Assembly: GCF_000315625.1 (NCBI RefSeq)
Contig: NW_005434624.1
Coordinates: 121,677 to 185,676, forward strand
Length of the DNA: 64,000 nt
Reading direction: 5' to 3'
Origin: Guillardia theta CCMP2712
Lineage: Eukaryota > Protista > Cryptophyta
Shown here: positions 42,642 through 56,310 of the stretch, piece after piece
Numbering within the stretch: the first letter of the stretch is position 1
How the letters are laid out: each line of letters opens with the position of its first letter
Program-made: the position numbers and the translations under genes
The notes under the pieces: generated by a model
Told to the model about the DNA's origin: nothing
The model's database searches: none
What the model saw: the letters and a program-made list of their open reading frames with translations, nothing else

Positions 42642-45463
42642 ATGGCGAGCAGAGAAGGGATTGAAGAGCTTCTGCTCGCAAATGATGGATCAGCAGCAAG
42701 TGCGTCTGCTCAGGACCTTGGCTCCAAGGTCTCCGTCGAGACCGGGACGTACATCAGTGACAGGGGCAAATATTCGGAGCTAGACTCGCAGCCTGGAATT
42801 CAAGATCACCTATCCTCCTTCTTTGCAAAGTTCCCTCTCTCCATCGTATGTTTTGTCTGCACATCGGTCGTCTGTGCCGCGGCCAACTTCTTCGATGCCG
42901 TCCCAGAGTTCAACTGGCAGAGCTGGTTAACCATCTGCGTTACGATTGGAGCTTTGCTGCTCATGGCCAACAACTGCCCCCCTGAGTTGGTCATGCTGGC
43001 CGTCACGATCATCCTGCGGCTCTTCAACGTCATCAACGACGACCAGGCATGGAGCGGGTTCCATTCCCAGGGCATCCTCGCCATCGGAGTGCTCCTGGTT
43101 GTGGTGAAGTGCCTGGAGGAAGCAGGGACGATCGAGATGGTGGTTGGCAACTTTCTTGGACGCACGTCCAACCCGACCATCGCAATCTGCCGCCTCTGCT
43201 GCCCTGTGGTCATGACCTCCGCGTTCATCAACAACACCCCAGTCGTTGCCATGATGATCCCGATCGTGCTCAAGTGGGCTAACGCAAACCAGCTGCCCCC
43301 CTCCCAGCTCCTGATCCCGCTCTCTTACTCGGCCCTGCTGGGCGGGATGTGCACGCTGATTGGAACGAGCACCAACCTCATCCTGCAAGAGCTCCTCTTG
43401 CGAGACAAGGAGGAAGGCCACGACCCCGGCTTCCAAATGTCCTTCTTCTCCATCACCCCGGTAGCAGCTCCTGTGGCGGCGGTGGGGCTAATCTACATGA
43501 CGATAGCTGCAAGGTGACAGCATGCTTGTCCTTGCAAGCAGGTGCCCGTTGCTGATGCTGGCGATCATGTCACAGGTACCTCCTCCCCCTCGACCGAGAT
43601 CGCAACAAGGGCGAGATGAAGTTGTATCCCTCCCAGGACTCGTCGAACCTCGGGGGCCTGAGGATCTACACAGTGTCCTTTGTCATTACAGCGTTGGCGT
43701 CGAGGAAGAGCGCTAGTGCTCTCGGGCTGAAGCGAGTGCAGGGGGCCAAGCTGGTCTCCATCCAGAAGGGGAGAGCTCTGTCCAGGTCAACGTCTCCTTG
43801 CTCGCGCGGCCGCAATGTTGCGGCTTCTTCTGCCTCCGACACTGCTCAGGATGCTGCTGGAGGTGTGATCGCTCAAGTGTGCGTGTAGCTCGACTGATGT
43901 CTGCACAGAGATCTCTGAATCCTCTAGGCCGGACGCTACAGCAGAAGAACCTACCCTCCCCCGTGCTGAAAACGCGCAGGAGGATCTCAGTCTCTGGGAG
44001 CAGCCCCTGCTCGAAGGAGACGTTCTGTCCTTCCTCTGCACTGCCGATGCGGTTTCCCAGCTTCGAAAGGTCGAGGGCTTGCAGGCTGCCGCTCATAGCA
44101 GGCTGCATGCCGAACTCAACAGAGCCCCAAAGAGGCGGAGGAGGTGCCTGGTGGAGGTTGTCGTTGACGCCCGGTGAGACCCTCTCTAGCATCAGTTGTG
44201 AATCTCTTGACCATGGAAGTTCCCTATTAGTTGCCCTCTCCTCGGGCAGTCGGTGCAGGACGCGGATACACTGTCCCTGTACAATGCTGCTATCTTCGCC
44301 GTGAGGCCTAGCTTGACCTCGGACGAGTACTTCCCCCTTCTCTCCGGCATCCCGCAGCCTCGCCTGCGGTACGAGCGGGATGGTCGACCGCAGGACAGCG
44401 TCCAAGAGGAGCAGGCGGCTGATGCCCATCGAGAATGTTTGGTGAGTCTGCCGTGAGAGTCAGGGATAGCATGACAGGAGGTGTGACAGATCAGACGGGG
44501 AGACACGCTGCTGCTTGAGACATACCCCAACTTCGTGACGTATCCTCCCTCTTCCTACGGTCTGCTGCCGCCTCAACCTGCGCATGCAGGAACTACAAGG
44601 ACTCTGATCACTTCGCTCTCGTCCGCCTGATTGATGACAGCGCCCCCCCCCGACACAACCAGTAAGTGAGAAGGCAGCAATGGAGATTGGGGGAGTGGGA
44701 GGGGAAAGGGGATCTGTCTCATATCAACTTCAGGTACAAGGATAGGATACGGAGACTGGTGGCAGGGACTGTCTTCCTCTGTATGGTAGTGCTTGTCGCC
44801 TCGCAGCAGGTAGGGTCAGAGTCTTCTCCGGACCAGCCTGACGTCTGGCCTGCAGCTGAGCCTCCTCGTGGCGATGCTCATCGCCTCCTACATCCTCGTC
44901 GGCATTCAGGTGCCGGCAGCTCGTTCCTCCCGTCAGCTCTGACGGCTTGCAGTGCATCACCATTCACTCGGCATTTCGCGCCATCAAGGGCCGCATCATC
45001 CTCGCAGCTATCGCAGCGTTCGGGCTAGGAGAAGGTCTCACCAACACGCACGTCACTTCCAAGCTTGCAGAGGGAATGGTGTCGATAGGACAGTCTCTCG
45101 GGCCCATCCCCCTCCTTTTCCTCGTCTACCTCAGGTGCGTCGACGTGGTCTGCATGGAGAAGCTCATGACATGCTCTAAACAGCACTGCTTGCATGAGTT
45201 GTATTGTGAGCAATCAGGCAACAGTCATCATCATGTATAGTATAGTCAAGAACCTCCAGGTCGAGCTAAGTATGTACAAGTTTGTCGTCGTGCTCATCAT
45301 TGGGGCCTCCTCCTCCTTCATGACGCCCTTCGGCTATCAAACAAACCTCATGGTCTGGCGAGCTGGCGGATACACGTTCGCCGACTACGTCTACTTCGGA
45401 GTCCCGCTGACTTTGATCACTGGCTTGACGACTTCAGTCTTGTGTCATCTGTGGATCCCATAG
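42642..45463 (+). CDS. SLC13/CitMHS-family transporter, algal SLT-type Na+/sulfate cotransporter-like (multi-exon)
   Basis: [39 protein letters not shown], central soluble TrkA-C-like region ([19 protein letters not shown]), [34 protein letters not shown]. Confidence 0.88.
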
Positions 45464-45603
45464 GATGGGAGGCATCATGCGAGACAGCCCAGCTGTTCCC
45501 TGGAGAGGATCCATGTCAGGTTGCTGAGGACGGGTCTCTTGTAACTTACAGCACAACGTCCAGAGACGTGATGAAGTCTCTTTGTGTAAGCTAAAATGAA
45601 GTG

Positions 45604-48231
45604 TCAGACTGTGACATTAATCTTACACCATCTCATGACAACAAACTTGAAAACCCCCACCGCAACAAACTCGAAGAAAGCTCTCACCAGCTGAGGGTTC
45701 TCTGCATCCCTCAACTCTACAGCCAAGTTGCGCCTGACGTCCATGGGAAGGTTCTTCTTGACAGCTGATATGGAGGCGAACGTGTAAAGGCACTTCGCCT
45801 GCGCGGGAGTGAACGAGGGTCGAGGAGAGGAGGACAATACGTCTTGCTGGATGAAGTGCTTCATGTCAACGCCTATGGACTGGAAGGACCTCGACATGAC
45901 TTGCTGCGGTCTGCCATGGCCCGTCAACCCTGGCAGCGCATGATGGCATGAAAGCAAACAACATCATCTGCGACTCGTCCAAATGACGGAGGATCTCCGG
46001 GCTCAGCTCGTGCTTCCTGCGTCCCTCCCATCCGCTGCCGGTCAGCCAGGCGGGGCTGATGAGGAAGCTAAGGCTCTCACCCCTCAGCCTGCAACTGCAG
46101 GAACTGCTGGATAATGACGAGATGATCTTCGCGCACGAAGAGAAGGCCAAGAGCATGGAACATGACCTGCGACCCTCTCAGCTTTCAGCCCCCATCGCAT
46201 TTCGTCTCGTCTCGTCTCGTCTCGTCTCGTCTCGTCTCGTCTCCCCTCCTCTCCTCTCATCTCGTCTCGTCTCGTCTCGTCTCGTCTCGTCTCCTGTCCT
46301 GTCCTGTCCTGTCTTGCCTTGCCTTGCCTTGTGCTTTATCCTCTCCTCCTCTCCACCTCTCCTCTCCTCTCCTCCCCACCCCTTCTCTCTCTCCCACCTC
46401 AATGCTCTCTTTGTCGTTGTTCCTCACCCACTCGTTGAGGATCATGGGGATGGAGGCGTGTTTCTGCGAGCTAGCACGGTAAGAATCCAGTCATTGCAGG
46501 AGCAGAAGACGCACGGAACCGGCCACGACCTCCTTCTGCAGCTCACGGTAGAGCCTGTGCGAAGGGACGACATGAGCTGCAGCGTTCAAGTCAGTGAGCA
46601 GCACAGGCAACAAGCCATGGCACCATCGGGCTGGAACTCATCAGCAACGTTCTCCTTCACGCTCGCTTGCTTCAGCTGAGCCGCTGGGCTGAACGCGTTG
46701 GCTACAACCTTGATAGCCCGGAACCCTTTCCATGCACTCCCCATCAGTTGCAGCTCCAAAGGACCCCTCCTCCTCCCATAACTTCCCCCTCCTTCCCTCT
46801 TCCTCCGATACCTTTCCCCGTCCCCCCGTTCCCCCTCTCCCTCCCTCATTCCCGGCCTTTCCCTCCCCTCCCTCACCTTTCCACCCGCTCATCCCGACGA
46901 GCTTCCAAGAGGCTTAGCGGGTCTCTTCCGACCAGCACAAGACAAGCAGGCAGTTCCTCCTCTCTCAGCACGGCGCTGCCACGTCCCCCGTTGACCCCGG
47001 AACCATGTCCCTTCTCCCCCTGCTCCTCCCCGGCCCTACAGTCCAGGAGGAGGGGAATAGGAAACGCAATTCTGTGCACTGAACGGCGGCGAGCGATGGA
47101 CATGCAGCGGTAGAAGTGAGGACAATGATGAGGCGAATGGGCAGCTGGAAACTAGTGCTGCTCTGATTGGTATGAGATGTTCTGATTGGTATGAGATGTT
47201 TGTCGACAAGAAGAGGCGGGGTTTAATGTCTATGAATTCCTCCAGCTTTGTTCTGCTCAAGGAAGCTGACGAGGTCCTGCCATTCGCACTCATTGCCATC
47301 AATTGCCATACAAGTTGAGGTACATCATACGATACTCCACGATCGTCGTCACTCGTGTTCATCAACTCCATCAACTCCTCTAGTTCTCGCTGGCTCTTTC
47401 ATCAGCGATCATCAGCAACACCAACGTCCTCGTCACCTCGTCACATTGGATCTTGTGAAGCTTCAACCATTCCCGCATTCTCGCCTTGCCTATGAAGCCT
47501 TTCTTGTCCTGACCTCCCCAGTCACCATCTCCCACTCTGACGCCCTTCCGGCATCACCCGCATGTACGTGAAGAACCTGAGCGCTTCATGCCCCCCATCC
47601 GTTTTGCTTACCATCAAAGAGTCAGCACGTTGGAAGGTCGGCGGTATCAGATCATCACCCTGAAAGTGCCGCCACCCACCCTTGGAACTGATGGATGCTG
47701 ATCCCCTTGGCATTCACCTGCCGACGCCGTCGGCTCTCCTCCTCACTCCAAGAATCCTACCGAGTGTCTTTCAGGAATCGCAAACCCCAACAGCCTTCCC
47801 AGTCGTCTTGCATTCTCCACCGGCAAATGGCCTTTCATCAAGTCTGTCAGTCACGAGCATGGCCCTTGTCGCACGATTCTGTGCCATACAAGGAGGTACC
47901 TGTTGACGATGTGTCCATCATGTTGAATATTGCCTCGATCTCACTCCTTCGCTGCCTCTCCTGTGTGTTCACTCCTCATCAGCTACCAGTGACAGGAAAA
48001 AGAAGTCAGGCAGGTTGATTCGTCCTCAAGCGCTTCAAGCGCTCATGTTTTCAAAGGCAGACGGGTGCACTGCAAGCGAGGGCGAGGGGATGGGAGACAA
48101 ACCTCGGAGCGCTTGTTCATCATGTCCTCTACCGTCTCAAACGTTTGACTTTGCTTCCTCCCCTTCTCTCGCCCGCTGTCGACCTCAGTGCCAGTGGCTG
48201 GAGACTCACTGGCCGATGGTGCTGTCGCCAT
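45604..48231 (-). CDS. Hypothetical multi-exon protein
   Basis: Series of coding-like exons separated by purine-rich introns, starting MATAPSASES; no recognised domain. Confidence 0.4.
46202..46330. repeat. (TCGTC)n/(TCCTG)n/(CCTTG)n compound pentamer microsatellite
   Basis: Direct reading of the sequence. Confidence 0.9.
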
Positions 48232-48369
48232 GACTGAGCAGCGACCTCTTACCGTAGTACTGACCGCTTCCCGGTTGCTCTTGAAGTTGCCGAAGTCCTC
48301 CTGTTCTGTGGTCGGTCCAGGACGGAGTCCGATCCGGGAGTCCGTTACTGTTATGCCGTTGAAGCTGAG

Positions 48370-49260
48370 CATATACGGCCCGGCACCCGGGCCCACTGAG
48401 GCTTGCCTTAGTACCGTACCCGGCGCCGGGACCGGGCTACGGCACTACTAGTGACTTGGTGACTTCGAAGCCTGCAGTGCGGCCTTGCAGGACGATGCGT
48501 TGCGCTTTCTGTGGTGGCTGGCGGATCGCTCGGCGAACAGGGAAACGGCAGCGCTGGATGGTCTCTCGGCCTCGCAAGACGTCACGGTCTCAGGTGATCC
48601 GATCAGGTCAGTCCAGGATCTTCGTCAGCTCAACTTGGCATTGAAGCCTTGAAGGCCTCCCTGGAGTCCTACGCTGCCGTCATCGCGGGTGCATCCCGGT
48701 ACTAGCGTCACGAGTCTCATTCCTTAGCCTCCGGCGGCGGCCACCGCCGAGTCCGAGCCGCGACTAGTCGCCATCGCTGGCGGCATGGCCGCGCCGGGGG
48801 GACTTGTCCTGCGCGCAGTTAAGTGAAGGCCCGGTATCAGTTAAGTTTGGGGGACAGCAGTCGGCAGGATTGGGTTTGGTTCTCGCTGTCTTTCTCTTCT
48901 CGCCGTTTGGCCTGTGCGACAGTCTCGTGACGCCGGGTCAGGGTCAAGCCTCATCAGGGGCCTCCTCGACTCTCCTGATTGTCCTCGTACTGATTTCTAA
49001 CTTAACTTTGAGTAAAGACGCCGCCGTGCAGTTGTGCCCCCCCGGGGACCGGCGTAGCGCTGCGCGGCGCGGCAGACTCGCCTCGCCTACTAGAGGCTCG
49101 GACTCCAGGCTCGGACTCCAGGCTCGGCTGCATTCCCTATAATGATGTCCGGACGCGGGGTAGGGTACTTTATTACGGCACGGTACGGTACGGACTGGGA
49201 ATTGATGCGAGGACCCCTCGGTCACCCCCCGAGTCACCCGGTAGGCCTTGCCACGGTAGT
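48370..49260. other. Patchy GC-rich CCGG/GACTC/GTAC island in a divergent intergenic region
   Basis: Same word set as the other islands. Confidence 0.55.
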
Positions 49261-50516
49261 CACCTCTTACATCTCACATCCCACCCCTGCTTTCCCTGCC
49301 CACCCCCCGGGGCACCTGCAGGGATACGCCTCTTCCTCCCCTGCAGCCCTGCAGATACGACAACTCAAGTGGCGCCGCCGCCGGCTTAGTGTTGAGTTCC
49401 TTCGTGCAGGGGCTTCCTAGGACCCCAGATAGGACCGCATTTGCACCTAGATGTAGGAGTTCTAAGCCAAGGTGTTACCGCTGGTAAGACCAAGGGAAGT
49501 CAGATACGCCCCATATGCTGAAACTCGTGTAGGGCACCCACCCCGTGCTGTACCGCTTTTCGGCAAGAGTCCGTGCATAGAGGGTCCTAGCATTGTATCT
49601 GGTCCTAGGGACCGGCTCGGTCAAAGATTTGATGTTTGACCATTTTGACCGCTCCCTGCAATCCCGCTGGCAATTTTTCCTCCTTTTTTTGTGCACCTCC
49701 CACCCACCCCACTTGAACTACTCCTCCGCAACTTCCAACTTCCAACGAACCTACCCACCCCTTCCCCATGGCTCTCCAAGTGTGCCCGGTGTCCGGGACG
49801 GCTTGGAGGCAGAATGGGGGAAGGGTAAGGGTCAGGGAATTGGAGACCTTGTCATGTTTTCAGAGGAACGTGGGGGAGACCTCGAAGGAAATAGGTCCTC
49901 GGCCCTATCATCACTAGTACCCCACATACAAGACCCTACCTCTCTGTATCCAACAGTTGAAGGACCCCCCACCCCCCTTCGGGCCGATATCCCGATGAAA
50001 GGCATGTGACCATTTGACCATCGGTCAAAGAGTGTAAAGTCGAAAAGATGTGTTTTCAAATACAGAATCCCTGAGCCTTAACACTGCGGGACGTGTGTCG
50101 AGATGGGGGTACTTAGATGTAAATCGGAGGGGTTCTTTGCTGGAGCATCTGGTATGGGTGGGGTACATCTTTGGTAGAAGGCAGGGGTGGGGTGGGTGAG
50201 GGGCAACCCATGATAAAGGTGAGACCCGACAGTGCCAGCATCGCAAGAATGCGCAGAGCCTGGGGACTCGGAAATGCGGTAGCGCGCCCTCTCAGCAGAG
50301 TCGGCAGAGTCAGGTGGGGAATGTGAGGATGCGGGATACGATGGTGATCTGTCCAGTGTTGACGACAGTGCAGAAGTCCTTGATGTTTTGTTGTGTTTGT
50401 TCGTGAAGATCGTGCTCGTGCGAGATTTGAAATTGTTGTGCTCGGATTCTTGGTCTTACATCACTTGCAGGGATGTGCAAAAGAGTTTGCCTTCCCGCTA
50501 TAACTCGAAGCGAGCG

Positions 50517-51894
50517 ATGCAGTCAGCGGAGGAGAGGAACGGATACACCAACTTCCCGAATCCGATTCGGGGCGTAGACAAGGTGTCTTGGTTCCCCAAT
50601 CAGGAAGGGCGGGATCTCACCTGGCACAACTTGGAAGCTGACGATGCTCGTGCATCTATGATCGCACCTCTTCTGCCCGAAGAGCTCCAGCATTCTGCCC
50701 GCGTTCTTAAGAGATCCCTCCCACACCTGGGCGTGAACTTGATGGTTGGAGCGGCAGCCGAGATCACGCGCGACCGTCCTGGCAATGGTGGATTCCGCCT
50801 TTGGGTCTACTCGGATCTCGAAACTGCTGAGCGCGAGGCCATTGGACTTGCACAAGGCATGGAGGTGAAGCACACTACCTACAACACGGGCTTCGCTGGA
50901 GCCAAGGTTGTTTGCGATGCTTCTGGAGCGAACAACTCTGTACTCAACGTGAACAAGAACGAACTGATGAAGGCGACCGCAGCTCTCCTGCACGAGCTGA
51001 ACGGAACCATGTACACTGGATGCGATTTGAACACAACCACGGGCGATATGGACAACCTCTCTCAGGATTGCCCATACGTGCTTGCCGCCATCGCCAATGA
51101 GGCGGTGAACCCCAATGATGCCACTGCCTACGGAGTTCTTGGTGCTGTCGAGAGTGTCCTCGAGCACTTTCATGTAAGCCTATGAATGTCTTGTAATGTT
51201 GCTTGTCTGACATCATTCTCAGGGCAAGACCGTTGTGGTTCATGGCTGCGGATCTGTTGGTGGCACAGTGGCTCGAGAGCTTGTTCGAGCTGGAGCCCGT
51301 GTGTACACCATCGATGCGGACGTTGCCAAGGCTGATATCTTTGGCGCCACCAACATCTCCAAGGGAACACCCAACTACGTTGAGGAGTTCTGGAAGATGG
51401 AGATCGACGCTCTCGTCCCATGCTCAATTTCTGGTCTTATCTCTATGGAGATGGCGAAGACCCTGGGATGCAAGGCCATTGTCGGAGCTACCAATCTCCC
51501 CTTCAAGTCCATCGAAGTTCAGCAGTTCGTGGAGGACTCTGGCATCACCTTCGTCCCTGAGGGCGTCTCCTCTGCTGGCGCTGTTATCGTCGACTCCATC
51601 GAGCACTTTGACCTGAAGGCGTTCAAGGAGGCTCAGCCGATCGACATCTATGAGTTTTGCCGACATGTCGTTCTTGAGAAGACCACCGAGCTCTTGCTGA
51701 CTGCTCGCCTCCGTGAGATTGTCACTTCCAAGGCAACCAAGTTCATCAGCGAGGAGTATGGTGCCTCTGAGGAACACAATTACTCGCAGATGCCCATCGG
51801 GCGAACTTTCAGATTCTGGGCACAAGGACGTGGCTCAGTCATCAACCCTGGCGCAGCTGGAACCCGAAAAGCTCTGAGCCGTGATGCTCCTTAG
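50517..51894 (+). CDS. Glu/Leu/Phe/Val amino-acid dehydrogenase (leucine-dehydrogenase-like); intron ~51174-51222, possible extra 5' exon
   Basis: GNGGFRLWVY..GLAQGMEVKH..GFAGAKVV; YTGCDLNTT..DMD; DATAYGV; Rossmann GKTVVVHGCGSVG; IVGATN; FVPEGVSSAGAVI. Confidence 0.88.
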
Positions 51895-52267
51895 ATGATT
51901 TCATCTAAGATGTACATACTAGTCGACAAATTATATTCTTTCAGGCTGTGCCTCACAATAAATGTGTTTGACCAATGACATAGTGTCTCGAACAATTTAT
52001 TTCATGCGTATAGAGGACATGTTCAATGTTCTTTGTTTTTTGACTTCTTTTGCACCTTTGTGAATAGATCGAGAAAATGGTTGTACGGAAGTTAGGTAGA
52101 GTCTGGGATGGCCAGAATCCACGCCTTACAAGCGGAGATAGAAATATAGTGAGTGAACGGCAACTTTGAAGATGGAAAAAGAAGTATTACAGATTATCAC
52201 GATTGAACAAGGAGATAAACAAGGTGAGGATTTCGTTTCGTTGGTTTGTCAGTTACTTCACTCTACA

Positions 52268-54783
52268 TTACATGGAGACGCTAAGATTGTTATAATTTTC
52301 CGTCACAAGCGCTAGCTTAGCGATGATGATCTTGTCCTCTTGGAGGGTCTTTTCTCGGTCCTTGATCAGCGACCTGCACATCCCTCAGCGTCTCCTTGCC
52401 TCCCTCCTTTCCCTTGCTGCTGCTCTCCGACCTCTTGTCCCCTCTCCCTTCCTCTCCTTCTACCCGCAGCCCTTACCTCAGTGAGTCTGAGCCGAGAGCA
52501 ACTCGCACGACAGTCTCATCCTTGGTGATCGAGACCGGCTGGCCGATGTAGCACCTGCCTCAACGTCATTCGCCGTCAGGCAGGAAAGGGGAAGAGGGTT
52601 ACTTGACGGCAGCGCAGGGGTCCGACAACTTGTCGGAGAGATCCTGAGTCATCCATTCGAACACTTTCTTGCATTCAGCCGTGTTCAGGTAGTTGGAGCC
52701 CTGCCTTGCTGTCAGTCCCTCTCCTTCCACTCCGTCCCCTCCTCGGCCACCCTCTCACTCTCTTCTTCTCCGCTCTTCTTCGTCCGTTCTCCATCCTTCG
52801 TTCTCTTCCCTTCATCTCTCTCTTCATTCTTCCTGACCTTGCAGAGTCTGATGGAGACGATGCTCAGACACGACTCGACCTCGAACGCCTCCAGGACGCC
52901 ATGGTGCTTCCCAAGCTCGCTCACGATGAACTTTCTCCACATGTCCATGGACTCGTCCCTCACCGCCGCCGGGATCTCCAATGTTGGCTCCATCTCCTCC
53001 AGCGCTGCCACCCATCGGAGCGCGAGCCCGACGTTCTCGTCTGCCGACAGCGCTGCCTTCCAGTCCGAGAGTGCCGTGGGGATCTCGTGGGAGGTGATGA
53101 AGCGCTTCAGTCCTGCCGGCATGTCCACGTCTGTGTGAATAAGTCGCTCCATAATGCTTCCTGGCACGAGGACGGCGCCGCTGAATGGAGGGCCGCGGTA
53201 GAACTTGGAGCCCGTGATAAGGACGATCGCTCCCTTGTGCAGATACTCGTGGAGCCACTGGCAGCATGTTTCAGAGGAGAGAGGAGGAGGAGGCAAGCTC
53301 GGGTGTACCTCTTCGCAGAACCTCCCCTGGCACGCGTCCACGACCACGAAGGCATCTCTTGTTGCAACCATCTTGCCTGCATTGACATATCACAAGACAG
53401 GAGCTTACAGGATTGCAGTACCAAAGTTGGTCGAGGGAAACGGCTCGTAGATTCCAGTCTTGGAGCCCAACACGCAGTGAACGATAGGAACCGCGTCCTC
53501 CGCTGAACATCTATCGACGATTTCCTGCGTGAATCTGTGAGATGCAGAGAAGGCGATTGCATCAGCGTCACCTGGATGGGATCCGACGAATCAACGACAT
53601 CTCCGTTGTCTCTGCAACGGGCAGGAATCGAGATGCACTCTACACCATTCGCAAGCCCCTCCAACTAGAACGACAAGATGAGCTGGTTTGTGACAACGTA
53701 AAAGGTTCAAGTACCGGCGAACCCATCAACTTCACGTTGTCTTTGTCCTCCTCCTTCCAGTCAGGGAGCGGAACGACGTTGGAGAAGTATCGCCCGCCAG
53801 CAGCATCGATGGTGCCCGAACCAACCTCCGAGTCGCAAGTCACGATGTTCACAATCTGACATGCAATCTCAGTGATCGAGTCCACACCGATGCCACTGCA
53901 CAACCTTCCGTCCCTTGTTGAGGGTCTTGGCAATGAGCAGCGGCATGTACTCTGCATCACTACCAGATGGGCAGAGGAACACTTCAGTTCCTGCGGGAAG
54001 GTCGTACAAGGACTTGATCCTCGATCGCACCCCCTCCATGATGTCGCCAACACTGATCTGAGCATGACATCAGCATGGATCCTGCCAACCTGCATGAACA
54101 GCCAACCTCTCCAGATCGCAGCGAGTAGAACGCCGCTTCAGCCGCCTGGTACGCGCCCTCCGTGGGGATGTTGCAGGTGCAGCTGCCTCGGAAGAGCGAT
54201 CCTACGATGGGCTGAGGGGTGCAGTGGTACTTGTTTGTTCCCTTCTTGTTGAGGATGAGACGGTCGTCTCCCCCCTCTGTGAGGATCTCTGGGTATGTCG
54301 CGTTGAGCGCCATCTCTTCCTCCAGTCGAGGCCTGGGAAGGTCATCAGCGACGAGAACAAGACCGATCTCTCTGGCAATGAAGCCAACTACAGGTAGCCT
54401 AGAGCACATCGATGATGACGTCTGGCAAACTCATAGTAGCGCATCGGATCCCATGTGACCTCAGAGACAATCGAGGGATCTTGCTGCATTCTTTGAAGTT
54501 CCTACCTCGAGCTGCTCAAAAGCATCAATCTATGGGCTGATCCTGATCTACTGCCCAAAAGATCTGATGTTCGCAGTGAAGCTAGCCTGAAAGAAACGCT
54601 GTTTGAAACAGCAGAGCACAGCCTACTTGCAACTAGAAGATGATGGCATGCTCTCTGCAAGTCCTTAACGCCCATGAGTCTTGTCATTCTCTTCGATCCC
54701 GTCCTTGCTCGTCCCTCTCCTTCCTCCTCCTCTTCTGCCTCGTGCATGCCCTCCTGCTCTACGACCCTCGGCTTGTCCGCCAT
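52268..54783 (-). CDS. Uncharacterised fold-type-I PLP-dependent transferase-like protein (bacterial-like family), multi-exon
   Basis: GGDDRL..GTNKYHCTPQP, FPSGSDAEY, EVGSGT..AAGGRYFS, VVVDACQGR (D-x-x-Q), LITGSKFYRGPPFSGAVLVP (putative PLP lysine), CYIGQPV..VRVALG. Confidence 0.72.
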
Positions 54784-54809
54784 CGTCGAACAGCTTTACT
54801 CAACTCTGG

Positions 54810-55930
54810 TACCAGTTGTATTGGTACACCACCTACTTCTAATGACCCCACCCCCTGATACCTTTTTTTACCCCTACCCCCTCTGGTGTGCTAGTTGTTC
54901 ACTTATGCCACCCAACTCTCGACTCCTCTACCCCTCGTACAATCTTCCATCATCTACTACCCACCCTATGAAACAGGAAGCCCCCTCCTGGTATACCGTT
55001 CTATCTACACCCCAGTGAGACAGCAGGGGGTCATTCGTACCACCGGACCCCTTCTTTTCAAACCTGGCTATGTGACGTGGTAGTTCGGATAGCAAACTAT
55101 CGAGGCGGGGTAGTCGAACTTCGGGGTTTGAAAAACCGATAGTAGAAAATGATAGGGGTGGGGTCTGTTCTTGGATAGGGGGTGGGTACAGAAGATCTTC
55201 GTTCATCGTCAGGGTACGGTACTCGAAAAAGGGGTGGGTGGCAGAAAGATTGAGTATTTCGCTTCAGGGAGATTGGGGGAACAAGTTTCCTTAGGGTACC
55301 ACCCCTACCCACATTTGGGAAATAGATTCACAAGAACGGGTGCTTTATAGAGAATCTTGTCTATAAAACTACCCTACCCCTTGTGTAGATATTTTGACTA
55401 TGTTGGGTGGTACCCTGACAGATGGGTATAAGTAAGGTGATGGACCCCCAGGTAACCTCACCCTTCCCCCCCTGAAGCACTCAAAGTTAATCATGAGGGG
55501 TACGATTGTCCCCTGTTCATTGTTAGATGGGTGGGTTGTGGGATTTCTGGGGTAGACGATAAAGGAATGGGGTAGTGTTCACTTTCAGACGGGTGCGATT
55601 GCCAAGCATCATCCGAGAAGTAGGTGGGGTCTGGTGTGCATTGAGGGTAGGGGTACTATATTCACGATTGACCCGTGGGGTGGCTCCTGCAGGGACATGA
55701 TCGGGGGGTAATCCCTGCACGGTCACCTAGGCAGGTGGTAGGAGGGTCATAGCAAGTCAAATTTGACCCTTAGAGGGCTCTATTTGGAGCTCCAAGTCGG
55801 TATAGGAAGGAGATCCTTGTCCTACAGACTTCATAGGTCCTAATGTACAGTGACAACCCAGGTCTAGGACTCCTAGGTCTTTCTATGACCATCCATAAAG
55901 GAGTGGTGAGATATGACCCATACTATGGGA
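54810..55930. promoter_or_regulatory. TACCCC/GGGGTA-rich field upstream of the PLP gene
   Basis: C-rich on + next to the minus-strand ATG, then mostly G-rich; role inferred. Confidence 0.4.
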
Positions 55931-55934
55931 CTCC

Positions 55935-56310
55935 GAGCCACTCAGGGCGCCGCGGCGGCCGGCCGGGCCGGCCCGGGCGCGGCCCGGGTCGGCGCGGCCA
56001 TCATGGCAGCGGCCCGCAGGCTTGACCAGTGAAGTGACTGAGTTGAAGTTGAAGTTCGGGTGCAACGGTTTACTAACATTCCGCCGTGCCGCCGGGCCCG
56101 GCGGCGCCTCTCAAAGGCAGAGTCAGCGGCGGCCACCGTCACAGCGATAAGTTTGGCACTAGACAAGCCTCGGACCGTACATGCCCTGGCCGGGCCGCCG
56201 GGCGTCTGGCCCCCCGCCGGCCGGCCGGGCCGGCGGCCGGGCACCGTCACTGCACTGCCGCACTTGCTGCTGTGCCCGGCCAGTCCAAGACCCTTCAAGT
56301 CCTGACAGTG
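55935..56310. other. GC-rich CCGG/GGCC island
   Basis: ggccggccgggccggcccggg, cagtgaagtgactgag, accgtcac. Confidence 0.7.
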
